Shown piece by piece: positions 25,193 through 37,719 of a stretch of 64,000 bases of DNA. The notes beneath the pieces are model-generated. The model worked only from the letters and a program-made list of their open reading frames with translations, was not told where the DNA came from and did not search any database. The stretch lies in NCBI RefSeq assembly GCF_964204865.1, contig NC_135261.1, forward strand, positions 19,778,001 through 19,842,000. Direction: 5' to 3'. The first letter of the stretch is position 1; every line of letters begins with the position of its first letter. The DNA comes from Styela clava. Its lineage: Eukaryota. The position numbers were made by a program, and so were the translations under genes.

Positions 25193-27372
25193 TTACGCAA
25201 AACGATCTTCACAGGGCTTCTTTTCCACACATGTAGAGTTTTCATGGCTTTGTTCGATGTATCCTTCGGGACATACGCAAAATATGTCTTTGTCACAATC
25301 GAAAGAATCGTTCTCATCTGTGACTTGCTCAAAATCACAAATAGGAAATGGATTTTCGCATGTCGGTCTGCATGTTGGTCCACAGCTCATAAATACCTTA
25401 GGACCAAGGCATATATGGAATAATCCTGTACGAAGATGAGATTTATATTACATAATACATTCCTAGTAGCAATATAATTATTATTTCACAGTACCATTGC
25501 CTTAGACCAATTTTGTCGAGCACCTGATAATTTTGGTAAAAATCCAATATTTTGCAATATTGTTCTTTAAATAATAATAATAATATATATTCAGAATATA
25601 GCATACTTTGGAAAAACCTTTTATGCCAAGATACCTCACGTGAAATCATCTTTCCAAGTTGCTCAAAAAATCCTGAAATAAAGATTGCAGAAATTGATAA
25701 CAGAACCACGAATATGATTTAGTTGATCATTTTCTATTGTGGGAAAGATATGCATCAAAACTTATAGTATATCACAATAAAAGCATTTGTAAATTAAAAC
25801 TAATGATGCCAGATGCAGCTGGAAGTAACCGAGTCAAGGTTGGTGCGGTAATTATCAAGTCAAAAGACACCTCTTTCTGGACAGGATGCTATTTCAACAC
25901 AAGTGTTGTTTTCTTTGGATTGAAATACTGTTCCTTCTTTACAAGCGCATGAGACATCTTTTTCACATCTGTCTTCGCAAATAGGAGAGAGATCATCGCA
26001 GGAAGCAGGACAACTGGATGCACAGCTGGTGTACTCCATACCACTGGGACAATTTGTCATCAAATCTATAAATATTATAAATAAAATGCTCATTCATTCA
26101 TAACTATTGAAAATAGCAGAATTAAATTTGTTGCCACTTACTTCCAATGAAATTTTTCGACCCCTGCAACACTGATCCAAAATTGATGAACCTCTTTTGC
26201 CGACTGAAATTATCTAGAAAATCAACCAAGGGAATGTAAGCAACATTTTCATATCATCATTTTCACTCAAACACGTTTATTTGTGATATTTATTTGCAAA
26301 TACTTAAACTCTCTGTTTGGACAGTCATTAACGTGTATGCAAGAGTCGTTTGTGTAACTAATTTGAACATATCCTGGAGGACATGCGCAATATTTTGAGG
26401 TATCTGGAGTTTAAATAAATCGTAAATAAATCGCAAGAATTTAAATGTTTGTTTTGACCTCTATTTTTACATTTTAAAATGTTTAGATGTTGAATTGGCA
26501 ATCTTTAATACTCGAAATATTTTGTCCCACTCTGGATTCTGAGCAAATAATGACGTCGACTTTTTGTGTGCTCGATTGCGGGTTACGTTCTATTCTGTCA
26601 AGTCACCCAGTGATTAAATTACAGTTAAATTGTTCCAAGACATTTTTGACAAATTGGAATAACAATAAACCAAGCGGAACCAATGCAAAAAACATCTTCA
26701 ATGGGAAACTTATCAGGAGTACATGTAATATTATTATCTTAATGTGGTTTCGATAAAAAAAAGGAAAATCAGCGTTAAGAAACGATGTAAAGAAAACATC
26801 TCCGGTCTCTTTTGTTAAAATATCTACACAGACAAGATAAACCCAAATGATGCGTTTTATTTACGTAACATGCGCTAAAAAATTCGTCCAAATCGAGTCA
26901 AAATCATGATCATGATCACGCACTGAAAATTGTCGATTAATAAAACAAATTTATTATGAAGAATTCCGCGAAAGCTTACGCAATAGATGGAAACTAACAG
27001 GTGTAGGAGTGGAATAGTCCAACAGTCTTTGTACCGCGTAGTTAAATTATTATATGGCTATGTTATAACAAAATGGAAAGATTGGAATAAGTTATGTTAT
27101 GAATTTATTATAATATTTGATTCCTGGTTTTCAAATCCTAATCTACAATATTGAAATAGTATTAAAGGTTTTTTTTTCTCACCATCTAGTGACCTTTTTA
27201 ACTTAGTCGAAGAACCCCCTGTTAAATTAAAAGAGACATTGATTACTTTCAGTCTTTTTTGTTTCAAAACAAACGACATAAATATTATGTATTCAAATTA
27301 GTGAAAAATACAAAAAATACCTTGAACGATAAAGCCACAAATGCACATTAAAACAACTACTAAACGCAACAT
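25193..27372 (-). CDS. Secreted multi-TIL (trypsin-inhibitor-like cysteine-rich) precursor; exons 27321-27372, 27183-27218, [unresolved 26410-27170], 26304-26403, 26142-26203, 25871-26065, 25640-25672, 25193-25425
   Basis: Signal MLRLVVVLMCICGFIVQG; pro-segment GSSTKLKRSLD; TIL C-half TSKYCACPPGYVQISYTNDSCIHVNDCPNREF; linker NRQKRFINFGSVLQGSKNFIG; full TIL NCPSGMEYTSCASSCPASC...CVEIASCPER; linker GFFEQLGKMISR; full TIL ICLGPKVFMSCGPTCRPTC...CVEKKPCEDRFA-stop. Phases are consistent from 26403 down. The donor at 25870 is weak and the first TIL half was not resolved. Confidence 0.75.
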
Positions 27373-28994
27373 GATGTCGTCCAGCACAGGCTTTCAGAGG
27401 AATACGAGTACACGAGTGAGAAGTCTAAAATGACTCCAGAAACTTTTGAGCATTCGCTTTATTTTGTGCGGGTACTATTGTACCTAACACACCAACGGAA
27501 ATATCTGGAACGCGGAGAGGAAACAATTACATTACACTTAAGACTACTTTTTCGACGTATTTCCGCAATTTCCGTTTAACTATACACTCAAATTACCACA
27601 TCGTTCCATTGATGGAATTCTATTTTAAAACCAATATTTTAATGGGAAGAGTATTTTGTTAGAATTTTTATCCGAAAACGTTATACAATCACAATTTCGG
27701 TGAAATTGCAGGCAAATTTATGTTCGTATATGAATTCTTCAAATAGAGACAAAACTTAATGAATTGAATGGAGTTTATTACAATAGCCAATAGGCAGCCA
27801 ACAATAATGTATTTTCTCGAAAATATATTGCCAAAATACTTTGGATAATCCTAAAGTTGTTCGCGGAAACTTTATTCGTAACTTTATTTCAATTGAAGCA
27901 ATATTTTGTTTGAATCATGTCATTTAATGATAGGTTCTTTTCAAATAGTACAAATTCGGTGTCCATTATTTGATGCCTTACTTCATATACAGTTCGATAT
28001 ATGCAATTGATGATCATTACATGAAACGATCTTTTTCACACACAAGTAAGCTAATAGTACACTATAAAAAGAAAATGACAAAAACGAAAAGCGATTAATC
28101 ACATGTAATATTAATTTTAAACTAATGAAACTCTTATTGATGAACAAATGGAAAGTTAACTTGAGGTTGAATCATTCATCTTTCATTGGTTCAAAAAAAA
28201 ATTTGGCGCGTATGAACATTCTTTGTAGATTCTAATAACTTAACTCGCAAAAGGAGCCTACTGTTATCCAATACACGTTTTTATATCCCTGATCTTATGT
28301 ACTGACCCTCCGTTTATAATACACATGGAAGTTTTCTTTTCTTTTTTTCTTTACTATTTATGCGTTGTATTGTCCAACTAACTGTTATATCTTGGTATTT
28401 GATGATGATTTTTTTTTGCAAAATGGTGACGCACAACGTACAGAGACGGTATGTGTATGTGATGTGGTATGTGTATGTGATGATACGTAAGAGTTTGTGC
28501 AGGTCTGGCTTTAGAGGCTATGGATAACTACTGACACCGTTTTGAAGGCAGATACAGTTATATCAAATAAGGCTGCATGTTATTAAGTTGAGCAGTGTGA
28601 GATCCTATTGCGCGATTCTTATAAATAGCATGGTCACAAAATTTGAATAAAATCATATAAAAAACTTTAAAAAAACGCATACTACCTGTTACGAGATGAC
28701 GTAATATACCCTATAGCGCTGTTCAATGTTCTTGGTTGTCCTTGTTGAACGTGGTATAGTTGTATTGTAATTATTCTACTGTGCGTGCATTTTATATTTA
28801 CTGAAATTATAGGTTGGCGATGTCGAGTCAAGTGTCGAGTCAACCCGTAAAGCTAGATAAAGAACGAACATAGTGTCAAAAGCGGTGACGGATCGACAAT
28901 ATGCTTCAGACTCGACAAAAAGCTGTGGTACATATGAGAATGAAGAGTAATAGTTAGTCTTACTTCGAGAAGGTACGTTTATATTTCATGTTCA

Positions 28995-30600
28995 ATGGCG
29001 ACAAATATTATTCCCGCACCTTTGGCTGTGGAAATCGACTAAAATGCAGCAGTCAATTGGTCTTTCTTCCGATCACAATCGGCAAATTATAAAATAGGAA
29101 CTGGCGTAGAAAAAAAGTCGGTTAGAATTCGTGTCGCCACATTGCTCGAGGTAATGGGTAACGATTGCTACAAAATTTATCAACATGTTGACATTTCTGA
29201 AGAAGATAGAAAAAGTTTGAAATCTATATTGAGCGTTTTAGATAAACACTTCGAACCTACTAGAAATGTTGTATACAGAAGTCATGTTTTTATACGTGCG
29301 ACCAGAGACTAGATGAATCAATTGATGATTATGTCACTAAACTCAATGAACTAACGTCGACGTGTAAATTTGGAACTGGCCGTTGGAGTGACTGACGAGC
29401 TAATAAGGGACAAAATTATGTTGGATGGCAAAGATAAAAATGTGGAAGCTGCATTGCTTGGAAAAAAGTGAACAAACTTTGGATTTTGCAAAAGATATTT
29501 GTCGCAGTAATGGGATGGCCGATGAGCAAATGAAAAAAAGTCGACAGGACGGAAGACCATGAAGAGGTGGAAGCATTTGATGGAGAGAAAAAATCGAAGC
29601 ATGGATACGAACAGAAAAGATTAATTACTGGTAACAACACAGCTGATATATCGGGTAAATTTTGTGGCAGAAATCACAAAAGAGGGGCTAGATTCTGCGC
29701 ATCATATGGCGCTTTGTGTAACGCTTGCCATAAGAAAAATTAGTTTGCTGTTGTTTTTAAGCAAAGTAATCGAAAACCTTATTCTGCTAATAATTATGCC
29801 AACATAACGAGCGACTCAGCTTATAATTTTGAGACTGTTGGAAGTATTCAGTCTAGAGGTGTACGCTGGTTTGTTAATTTAAAATTGCATGCGAAACGCA
29901 GTCGGAAACCAGTTTTGTTTAAATGTATGCTCTATAGTGGCTGAACCAATAATGTGATAAGCTTCAATGATTGTTGTATAGACCTAGATTCAAAGAATCC
30001 AGCCTTACAAGAAAGCAGAGTGACACTGAAGTTTCATGATGGTCGCTTGCGGAAGCCGATTGGGCAATGCGACCTGCTATGCCAACACAACGGTAAGAGT
30101 TACAGTTTGTCTCTCATAGTTGTGGAAAGATGCCCACATCCTTCGATTTCCGATCAGACGTAGGAAGAGTTGGAACTTCTCCAAGAGGCACCATGTACCC
30201 AAGAGTCAAGGCACTGTACAGTCTATCGTGGCTGAACATCACTAGAATCTGTTGATGATATTTTAAAAAGTACGCTAATGTCTTTGAAGGTCTAGGTCGT
30301 TTTCTGGGGGAATATCATTTAGAAATAGTTAGCAAAGTTCTTCTGTTAAAGCATCAACCTCGTAGAATTGTCTTTGCAATGCGCAATGATCTTCTGAAGA
30401 AACTTACAGAATTAGAGAATAGAGAGGTAATTGCTAAAGCTACCACACCTACCGACTGGATTAGCAATATGGTAGGAGTTTAAAACCCTAGCCGGATTTG
30501 TTTGGACCCAAAAGACCTAAATAATGCTTTAAGACTTTCTCATTATCCTATTCCAAATATTGGAGATGTTTTATCTGATTTGGCTAATGTAAAAGACGAG
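28995..30600 (+). mobile_element. Decayed, 3'-truncated Ty3/Gypsy LTR retrotransposon (gag, protease, start of RT)
   Basis: Gag-like NWSFFRSQ...GTGVEKKSVRIRVATLLEVMG; CCHC knuckles FCGRNH...C..YGALCNACHKKN*FA; degenerate protease site MLYSG*TNNVI; RT start YANVFEGLG, DWISNMV, RICLDPKDLNNALRLSHYPIP. Many stops; LTR limits not confidently placed. Confidence 0.9.
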
Positions 30601-30744
30601 TAAAACAAGAAAAGTAGTATTAACTGCATTTTCTAAATATTTGATTTTTTGTGGGAAGTTGCGCTCCATGCAATACTATTTTTCTAGGGTTTCTTAGAAT
30701 TGAATCGTTTGACCAATGTCAACAAAACATCGCCGACAGATTTT

Positions 30745-31000
30745 CTCAACCTCATCCTGCGTGTCCAACACTTGTATTAATTGCAAAAAAGTTGTCCAGT
30801 CGGCCCCACACTTGTCCTGTTTGTCCCAAATTTAGGAATTTTTGTTTACAAAAACAGTTTTTCTTTCGGGAAGATAAAAAATTCCATAATCATCATTCCA
30901 TTCCATGATCTTGGTAAACTTTGTTATAACAATACTGCAAAACAAAGAATGGGTCATAATAAAGTGACATATGAAAAAAATAGTAGGACTACAAGACATT
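30745..31000 (+). repeat. Short piece of the 20-bp satellite fused to an inverted copy of the gene-family 3' flank
   Basis: cacacttgtcctgtttgtccca at ~30807-30828, followed by sequence that is the reverse complement of ~33140-33290 (also similar to 50585-50715). Confidence 0.7.
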
Positions 31001-31442
31001 TAAATAGCAGAACGGATTTGTGGAAAAACCATAATTCTCTATTTTCCTAAATACTCATGGTAATTTAATAGAATTTTAACAAACAATGTGGACTGAGTAA
31101 TTATTATAAAATATGATAAGATGTGAAAGACAATTACAATAATATGAGTATTTTATTCAGTTTTAATAATTTGTTCTGTGTGATTTCTGTGTGATGTATA
31201 GTATATATAGTCATTTTCTCAGTATTACCTGGCCACGAAGAATAAAACAAGCATATGATGATTGGTGGGATAATATGGTTCTTAGCTCTAAATTCTTCAT
31301 TCTAATTTCAATTTTTTGTTCAATATAATTATTCATATCGAGAGAATTATGTATTCACATCGGCTCGCATTATTTATAAGAATGATTATAATGGTCTTGA
31401 GTTATATATCACGAACATTAAATTATTTATTCTTATTTAACT

Positions 31443-32290
31443 TCCTAGCATCCAACTGCAGCGTGAGGGAAAGGCTCGTATAAAAGAAATTTTTCTTGCA
31501 TTTCGTTGAGCCGTAGAAAGATTTCTGAATACATTTTCTTTCCTTGCAATCCGAAACCAAGTAACCTCTGTCGCTGATATCTCTTGGGACATGATATATT
31601 ATCCTTCTAGCCAGGGAATGCTCTGTGTTTAAATAACTGAATATTCAGACATGGAATCGTTTCAATATCTGGTTTAAAAATGGTTTATAGCAATCCGAAA
31701 ATCGTTGCTTCAAATGAAATACTGGATATGGGTTTATCTCTCTTGCACGCATCCACACGGTGTCTGAAAATAAGTTAATATTTGGTCACTTCGGTATTGC
31801 TAAATTAGAATACTCAAGACAAGTTGGAATCTGACATGGGTATCTACTGCTCGGTTAAAAAAACAATGTTATGGGCAACCTGAGAACCATTGCTTCAAAT
31901 GGAATACTGGACACGGGTTTATCATTCTTGCACGTGACTAACACGATCCCAATTTCTGGTTCCAAACGTGCATGAAAAAGCTGAAACTAAATTGGAGGCT
32001 TTTATAACTCGAATAATTTAGATTAAGTGTATATTGATGTAAAATCGGATATGCTTGTGAAAAAGCGGGAAGTTCATTTGCATACTAATTACATACCGCT
32101 TTTGGAAACTATATTCTCATTCCAAACTATGGAAAACTGAAAGCACTGAACAATACAACATTGAACTAATCAGTTACAATAACAACGAACATTTTAAGAA
32201 CATTTCCTTCGTATAGCTTTCCATATTCTTCGTAGATTGTCTGTTGGTCATGGAAACACTAAATAGCGAAACACTGAATTGACACGGACA
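31443..32290 (-). pseudogene. Scrambled fragments of the cystine-knot-like family (exon-4 remnant 32170-32290, exon-3 remnant 31443-31623)
   Basis: CFAI*CFHDQQTIYEEYGKLYEGNV...VRCYCN* and LVSDCKERKCIQKSFYGSTKCKK...PFPHAAVGC, with stops, frameshifts and a lost donor. Confidence 0.8.
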
Positions 32291-34020
32291 AGAAAAATTG
32301 AATAATTTTTAACAACACTAAGGTAATAAAAAACGTTCATAGCTTTCCACTACAAATATTAAGAAAAAACAATCGTGTTTACTATTTTACGAATTGAGTG
32401 AAATTGTAAAAAATGAGATTTTTTCACTGTTTTGTCACCGTTATTTGCGACTTGCAATATCACGGACACATATTCTTGGTGATAATGCAATTCTAATACC
32501 TGTATAATTAACAAATTTGCGGGTAGAAAAACATAAATTCGACTTGTACTGTGTATCACAGAACTCTCTCTCTGGTTTGAGACATTTCGATATGAGACAA
32601 CCATCAGTGTATACCATTTATTTGTCCTACGATAGATAGATACTGATTGACCCTAGACTTACATAACTCCTGGTTAATAACGTTGGAAACACACATTGCC
32701 AGAATGGTGAATCAAAATAATGATGCGTTGACCCACCAGGGCTTACGAATGCCGTATACATTGGTTCAAATATTACCTGTAAAGTATTGTGCGGCTATGC
32801 CCAACATTAGCACGTTATTGAAGGTTCAAATTATTTGAGGTTTTTGCGCATTCCAATTAAACTACCTGCCTTTAAATTATCTTCGCGAGCTGTCTATGCT
32901 TGGCTGCAAGCCTGTGCGCATAACTTTTTAACAATTTTATTTATGAATGAAATCATTACTCATCAGCTTGATCAACCGACATTTCTAACTCCATAGGAGC
33001 ACACCCACCTAACTTGTGCACATTTTTTGCGGCAAATGCTACAATTTCTCTAGTATTTCCTTACGTATCGAAGCACCAAGTAAAAACCTTTCCGCTACTA
33101 ACATCGTTTTTTTTTTTACAAATTCGTTCTGCTATTCAAATACCTTGTACTATTTTTTTCATATGTCACTTTATTATGACCCATTCTTTCTTTTGCAGTA
33201 TTGTTATAAAAAGTTCTTCAAGATCATGATTAAGGAATTTTTCATCTTTCCTAAAAGATATCTATTTTTGTAAACAAAAAGTCTTAAGTTTAATTCCTAC
33301 TGCATTGATAGTACACATTTTGTAAGCTGTTCCAAAATTATGACATCACTTCGAAGCAGGTTGGAATGTCGAGATATTGCGCCCACGGCACTGTATATAA
33401 TCTTTTACGTTGCTTCCAAATTTTTGTTTTTAAATATTTTGACATGAAACCATGCGTTCTTCATTAGCTGGTCTTCAATATTTTTCTCTGACAGCGCCAC
33501 AACAAGGTTACGTTATTGATTTTCTGCCTATCATCTTACATAAAAATGACGAGAAAAATCAGTACATTAATTGTAATTCACATATATTTCAAATCATTTC
33601 AGTAATCATTCATGTACAAGAAATATTTATAAAAATCGTCTATTTCTTTGAAAAATTCATCTTTTTCCCGGCGGGTATCGGGAATAACAATTGTATGCAT
33701 TCATGCAGTCGCATCCACACGGTGTCTGAAAACATTTTATATTTGGTCACTGTGGTATTATTATTTCAAATAGAATACTCAAGAACAGCTGGCACTGGAC
33801 AAGCGTAGTTACATCTCGGATAAAAACACATAAAAGCAAACGATTTTAACATTTATTAGCAACGTGAACAAAATTTTCGTCATGCTCTTTAGCTTATTGA
33901 TAATTAAATCTTTGATATCACTTTGAAATCAACGTGTTGATATGTTGGCATAACATCATGTAAACAATTGTGGGTTTTGACTTGTAAACTGGAGGGATTC
34001 ATTATATTCAACGATCTATA

Positions 34021-34861
34021 TCGAGGCAATTACCGGGGTTCGGTCATTCCAAAAAATCTATTTTAACTATGCATATAAAGTTTCAAATGCATCGTTTGAC
34101 AAAATACACGAGCAATTCTCAATATCGCGCTTCGGTGCTGGTATAACAAGGTTGCAGTTATATAGCCGAGCGCCGACGTTGCTGAGAAGATCTGAAATGT
34201 GCGCCCCCATAACACCCGTAATATAATTATATTTTCGAAAGTCTTCAAGCGACTTGAATTATCTTTAAGACTGAAAAATTGGAATATATTAGTTGCTGAG
34301 AAAAGCGATTTTTTCCAACCAATATTAAGAAAAACTACAACGTCCACGAGAATTTTAGCAAAACAATTCATTAGTCGACTTCGTGTACAATAGTAACGTA
34401 TTTTTCAGTCGTTAGTCTGAGAAAATACATTTCTTCGTTTTTGACAATTTTTTTAATCTTGGTTGTAGGAAGTTAGAGTATACTGTTTTGCAAAATCGAG
34501 TTATTTGATCTATTTTTAAGTTTCGAAAATAAAACTAAAAACTGAGAAATAGCATGCAAAGTCACATAAACAAGCTAATGTTTACCACCATGTTATAAAA
34601 TATATGAAAAATGTATCCAAACGACCGCAAAAATCTATAATTTTTTACGCCACTATTGACATCTTGCTGATCGGTGAATACTAAGACAATAAACAAGTAT
34701 GATATATTGCTATGACAATTTTTATTCTCAGTGGTTTAGCGAAAAATGCATTACATCACGATTGTGAAATACAAAAGAAACGATACATTCAAATTTACGG
34801 TTCAAATTTATTACTCAAAAAATTCGGATTCGGACCGCGGTCCGCAAGATAAGTAGGCTTG
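34021..34861. mobile_element. hAT-like insertion downstream of family copy A
   Basis: Right end cggaccgcggtccgcaagataagtaggcttg; gatcta duplicated on both sides. The paralogous region at ~51440-51485 shows the uninterrupted site. Confidence 0.55.
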
Positions 34862-35060
34862 ATCTAGGTTACGTGTATATTTATATGAGATCGGATATTT
34901 TTATCAAAGTTCATTCGGGAAGGTTCATTCGCATACTAATAACATACCACTTTTGGAAACTTCATTTCTAATCCAAACTATAGAAACTGGACGCACTGAA
35001 TTATACAGATTAGAATTTTCGACAATACGACCTATTTTGGTATTAAAAATCGACAACTTA

Positions 35061-36309
35061 TCAGTTACAATAACAACGCACCTTTATAACAACATCTCCT
35101 TTGTATAGCTTTCTGTTTTCTTCGTAGATTGTGTGTATGTCACGGAAGCACCAAATAGTGTAGCATTTACAAGAGATTTGTTCAGAATCTTCATCTTCTG
35201 GCGTAGGATACATTTGTGGTTCTTCATCTTTCATGGGTTCCGGATACAAATGTGGTTTCCCATCTTTTGGTGGTTCATTGTGATTTTGGGGTTTTACCAA
35301 CTTACAGTTTGCATGCATTTTTCTTAAAATTTGATTTTGTATAAAAATTCAAAAAGTTAATACGACTTTATTTTCAAAATACGAAAATCTACATAAACGA
35401 ATTTCAAGATGGAAAATACAATCACGACGAACTGGGCGTTTTCTTCTTTTAATGCTCCGTAATACTGTTGAATCATACATTACAAAATTCTCATTTGTTA
35501 AAGTACCAAGCAACTTACTTGCATTCAACTGCAGTGTGAGGGAAAGGCTTAAATAATCGAACCACTTTTCTGCATTTTGTTGAACCGTAAAAGGATTTCT
35601 GAATACATTCCCTCTCATCGCAACCAGAAACCAAGTCACCGATGTAGCCGATACCTTTTGGGACGGAACATGAATCTTTCGTTTTGGGAAATTTTCTGTG
35701 CATGAAATCGTTTCATTATCGTCATATTGATTTATTAGTATATAAGGTAATAAACACATAACATGTTTAGTATACAAAATATGTTGTTCTTTAAATCATA
35801 AGATTTTGATGATAGTATACTGATCTATACTTGCATTCCAAGATGAGAAAATATTCAACTTAATTGGGTTTGCATTTGGGATTAAAACCAATACGCATGA
35901 ATAAAATTGTTTTCGGTTCAGTAGGGAATTAAAATAAATTCAGATCAAAAATACAACTTACTTAAAACCTCTGCAGTCTGGAGTGTTTTTGAAATCAAGT
36001 CCTGTTTCTTTTGGAAAATCAAACTTTTTTGCAGAGTAGACAGATATCTGAAAATGGCATTTCAATGTAAAATTGGCCATTGGTAGATTATAGAGCTACT
36101 TTTCTGAGAGTGGAATATGAATAATCGTCGTAATATACTCAGTATTTTATTTTACGCAATATAGCACTTGAGTATGAGTGCAAAACATATACATCATGCC
36201 AGCATACCTCAGGATCAAATTTAGCAAAGAAATCTTCAAGATTGACTTCTTTCTTCTTTTCGTATCCACAGGCTCCAACAATCATGATAACCAAGATTAC
36301 AATCTTCAT
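35061..36309 (-). CDS. Secreted cysteine-rich protein, putative cystine-knot (noggin/trunk-like) family copy A; exons 36208-36309, 35962-36047, 35519-35695, 35061-35322
   Basis: In-phase GT-AG joins (0,2,2) give MKIVILVIMIVGACGYEKKKEVNLEDFFAKFDPEISVYSAKKFDFPKETGLDFKNTPDCRGFKKFPKTKDSCSVPKGIGYIGDLVSGCDERECIQKSFYGSTKCRKVVRLFKPFPHTAVECKKMHANCKLVKPQNHNEPPKDGKPHLYPEPMKDEEPQMYPTPEDEDSEQISCKCYTIWCFRDIHTIYEENRKLYKGDVVIKVRCYCN. The gene model is supported by the paralog at 40618-42119; the family name is inference. Confidence 0.85.
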
Positions 36310-37198
36310 TGTTTGATATATTTTTTACAAGTTTTCTGAAACATAAGTGTAAAATTACATAACCAAGTTCTTTAAATTTCAAACATACACATTATGAGTC
36401 AAATAAGAATAAAACCTAATGTTGAAACACAATCCAAAATAAATTTGATATCTTCTTCAAATCTCGATAGCTAAATATCAGCAACTTTTTATAGTCAACC
36501 TGAACTAACAGGATGACTGGCGTTTCTTATCATAAAAATACGAGGGAAAGATTTAATATAGAAGAGAAAATATCCGCACATATTCGTGGGCCAATCAGAG
36601 ACTGCCAATTTCTCATATTTAATTAAAAATGGAAAAAAGGGTTGATTGTCGTTGGAAGGTTCACGACGTAGTTTTTGATCATAAGCTTTTGTTATCCTGT
36701 TGTCGAGCATCTAACATCGTTATTTTGGTTCTGAGGTTTCCTAATCTTACACAACCCATCCTTTATTGAAAATATTTAAAGTGGTGATTATGGCATAATA
36801 AACAGGATTGTCATGAAACAGTAAATTTATTTATTGATATCTGCATTCATAACATAACAAAAATAAACCGTACATTGAGGTAGTTCGCTTCTTTCTATTT
36901 ACTTGATATTTTATCAGAATGCCATAGATATCCTAATATATTTGATAAAATAAAGAGCATTAGTTTTTCTGTACAATTTTCTCGTTTTTTCACTGAATTA
37001 CTTCGTTAAAATATACACGTTTTTTTTTTCTATAAACACTGGAATTGCTGAACATTTTCAACAGGTTCACCAAGAATTTAACACGACAAAAATCAATTTC
37101 GATGCTACAGAAAGGGGAGTTGTTCGCTCGGATTCGCCCCATGGTTTAAATGAACGTCATTTTAATATAAACAAATAAGACGTTTAATACGATGTATG

Positions 37199-37527
37199 CA
37201 GTGGTGGGATTCAAATTTTGCGTCAGCCGGTTCTGTTTCAAAAAGTCATTTTTTTAGCAAATAAACTGATTGTTTCTAATTACTTCCTAATTAACATTTC
37301 GAAATAATGGTTAAGTACGCATCAATATGTAAAATTAGCATCGAAATTTTTGATGATGTTGTGGATTGTCTATATTGCTGAGTGTAATATATACTCGTTG
37401 ATAATGAACTTGAAATCCATTGACAGCAACCAGCAATGCTAGCCGGTTTGTGGATCTCACAAAATTCCGTGAGACGGTTCTATGGAACCGGTGGGAAACG
37501 GTGGGAACCGGCTGAATCCCGTCACTG
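37199..37527. mobile_element. hAT MITE
   Basis: TIR cagtggtgggattca / tgaatcccgtcactg; aaccgg subrepeats; flanks gatgtatg / aatatatg (6/8). Confidence 0.8.
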
Positions 37528-37719
37528 AATATATGTAGTTATTTATATCTATAAATGTCTAGGATAATGATAGTGATTTATTCATGCTTTTCTAAAATGA
37601 ATAAAATCGAGTTATTGAGAATTTTAATAAGTAAATGTACGTGCGATTAGAACTAATATTCAGGAATAAAATTTCGCGCGTTTTAGTATGAGAATAAAAC
37701 ACTGAAAAATAAAAATTAC

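Noticed and set aside
26410-27170. Candidate exons for the first half of TIL1 (DNNITCTPDKF..., ERNPQSSTQKVDVIIC...)
   Set aside because: I could not join them in phase into a TIL cysteine pattern, so the region is left unresolved.
28821-28917. 9-bp inverted ends (tgtcgagtc/gactcgaca) as the Gypsy LTR
   Set aside because: There is no second copy in the window and no clear primer-binding site, so it cannot be supported.
36208-36240. FDPE motif suggesting a lipocalin
   Set aside because: No following G-x-W motif, and the cysteine pattern does not fit.
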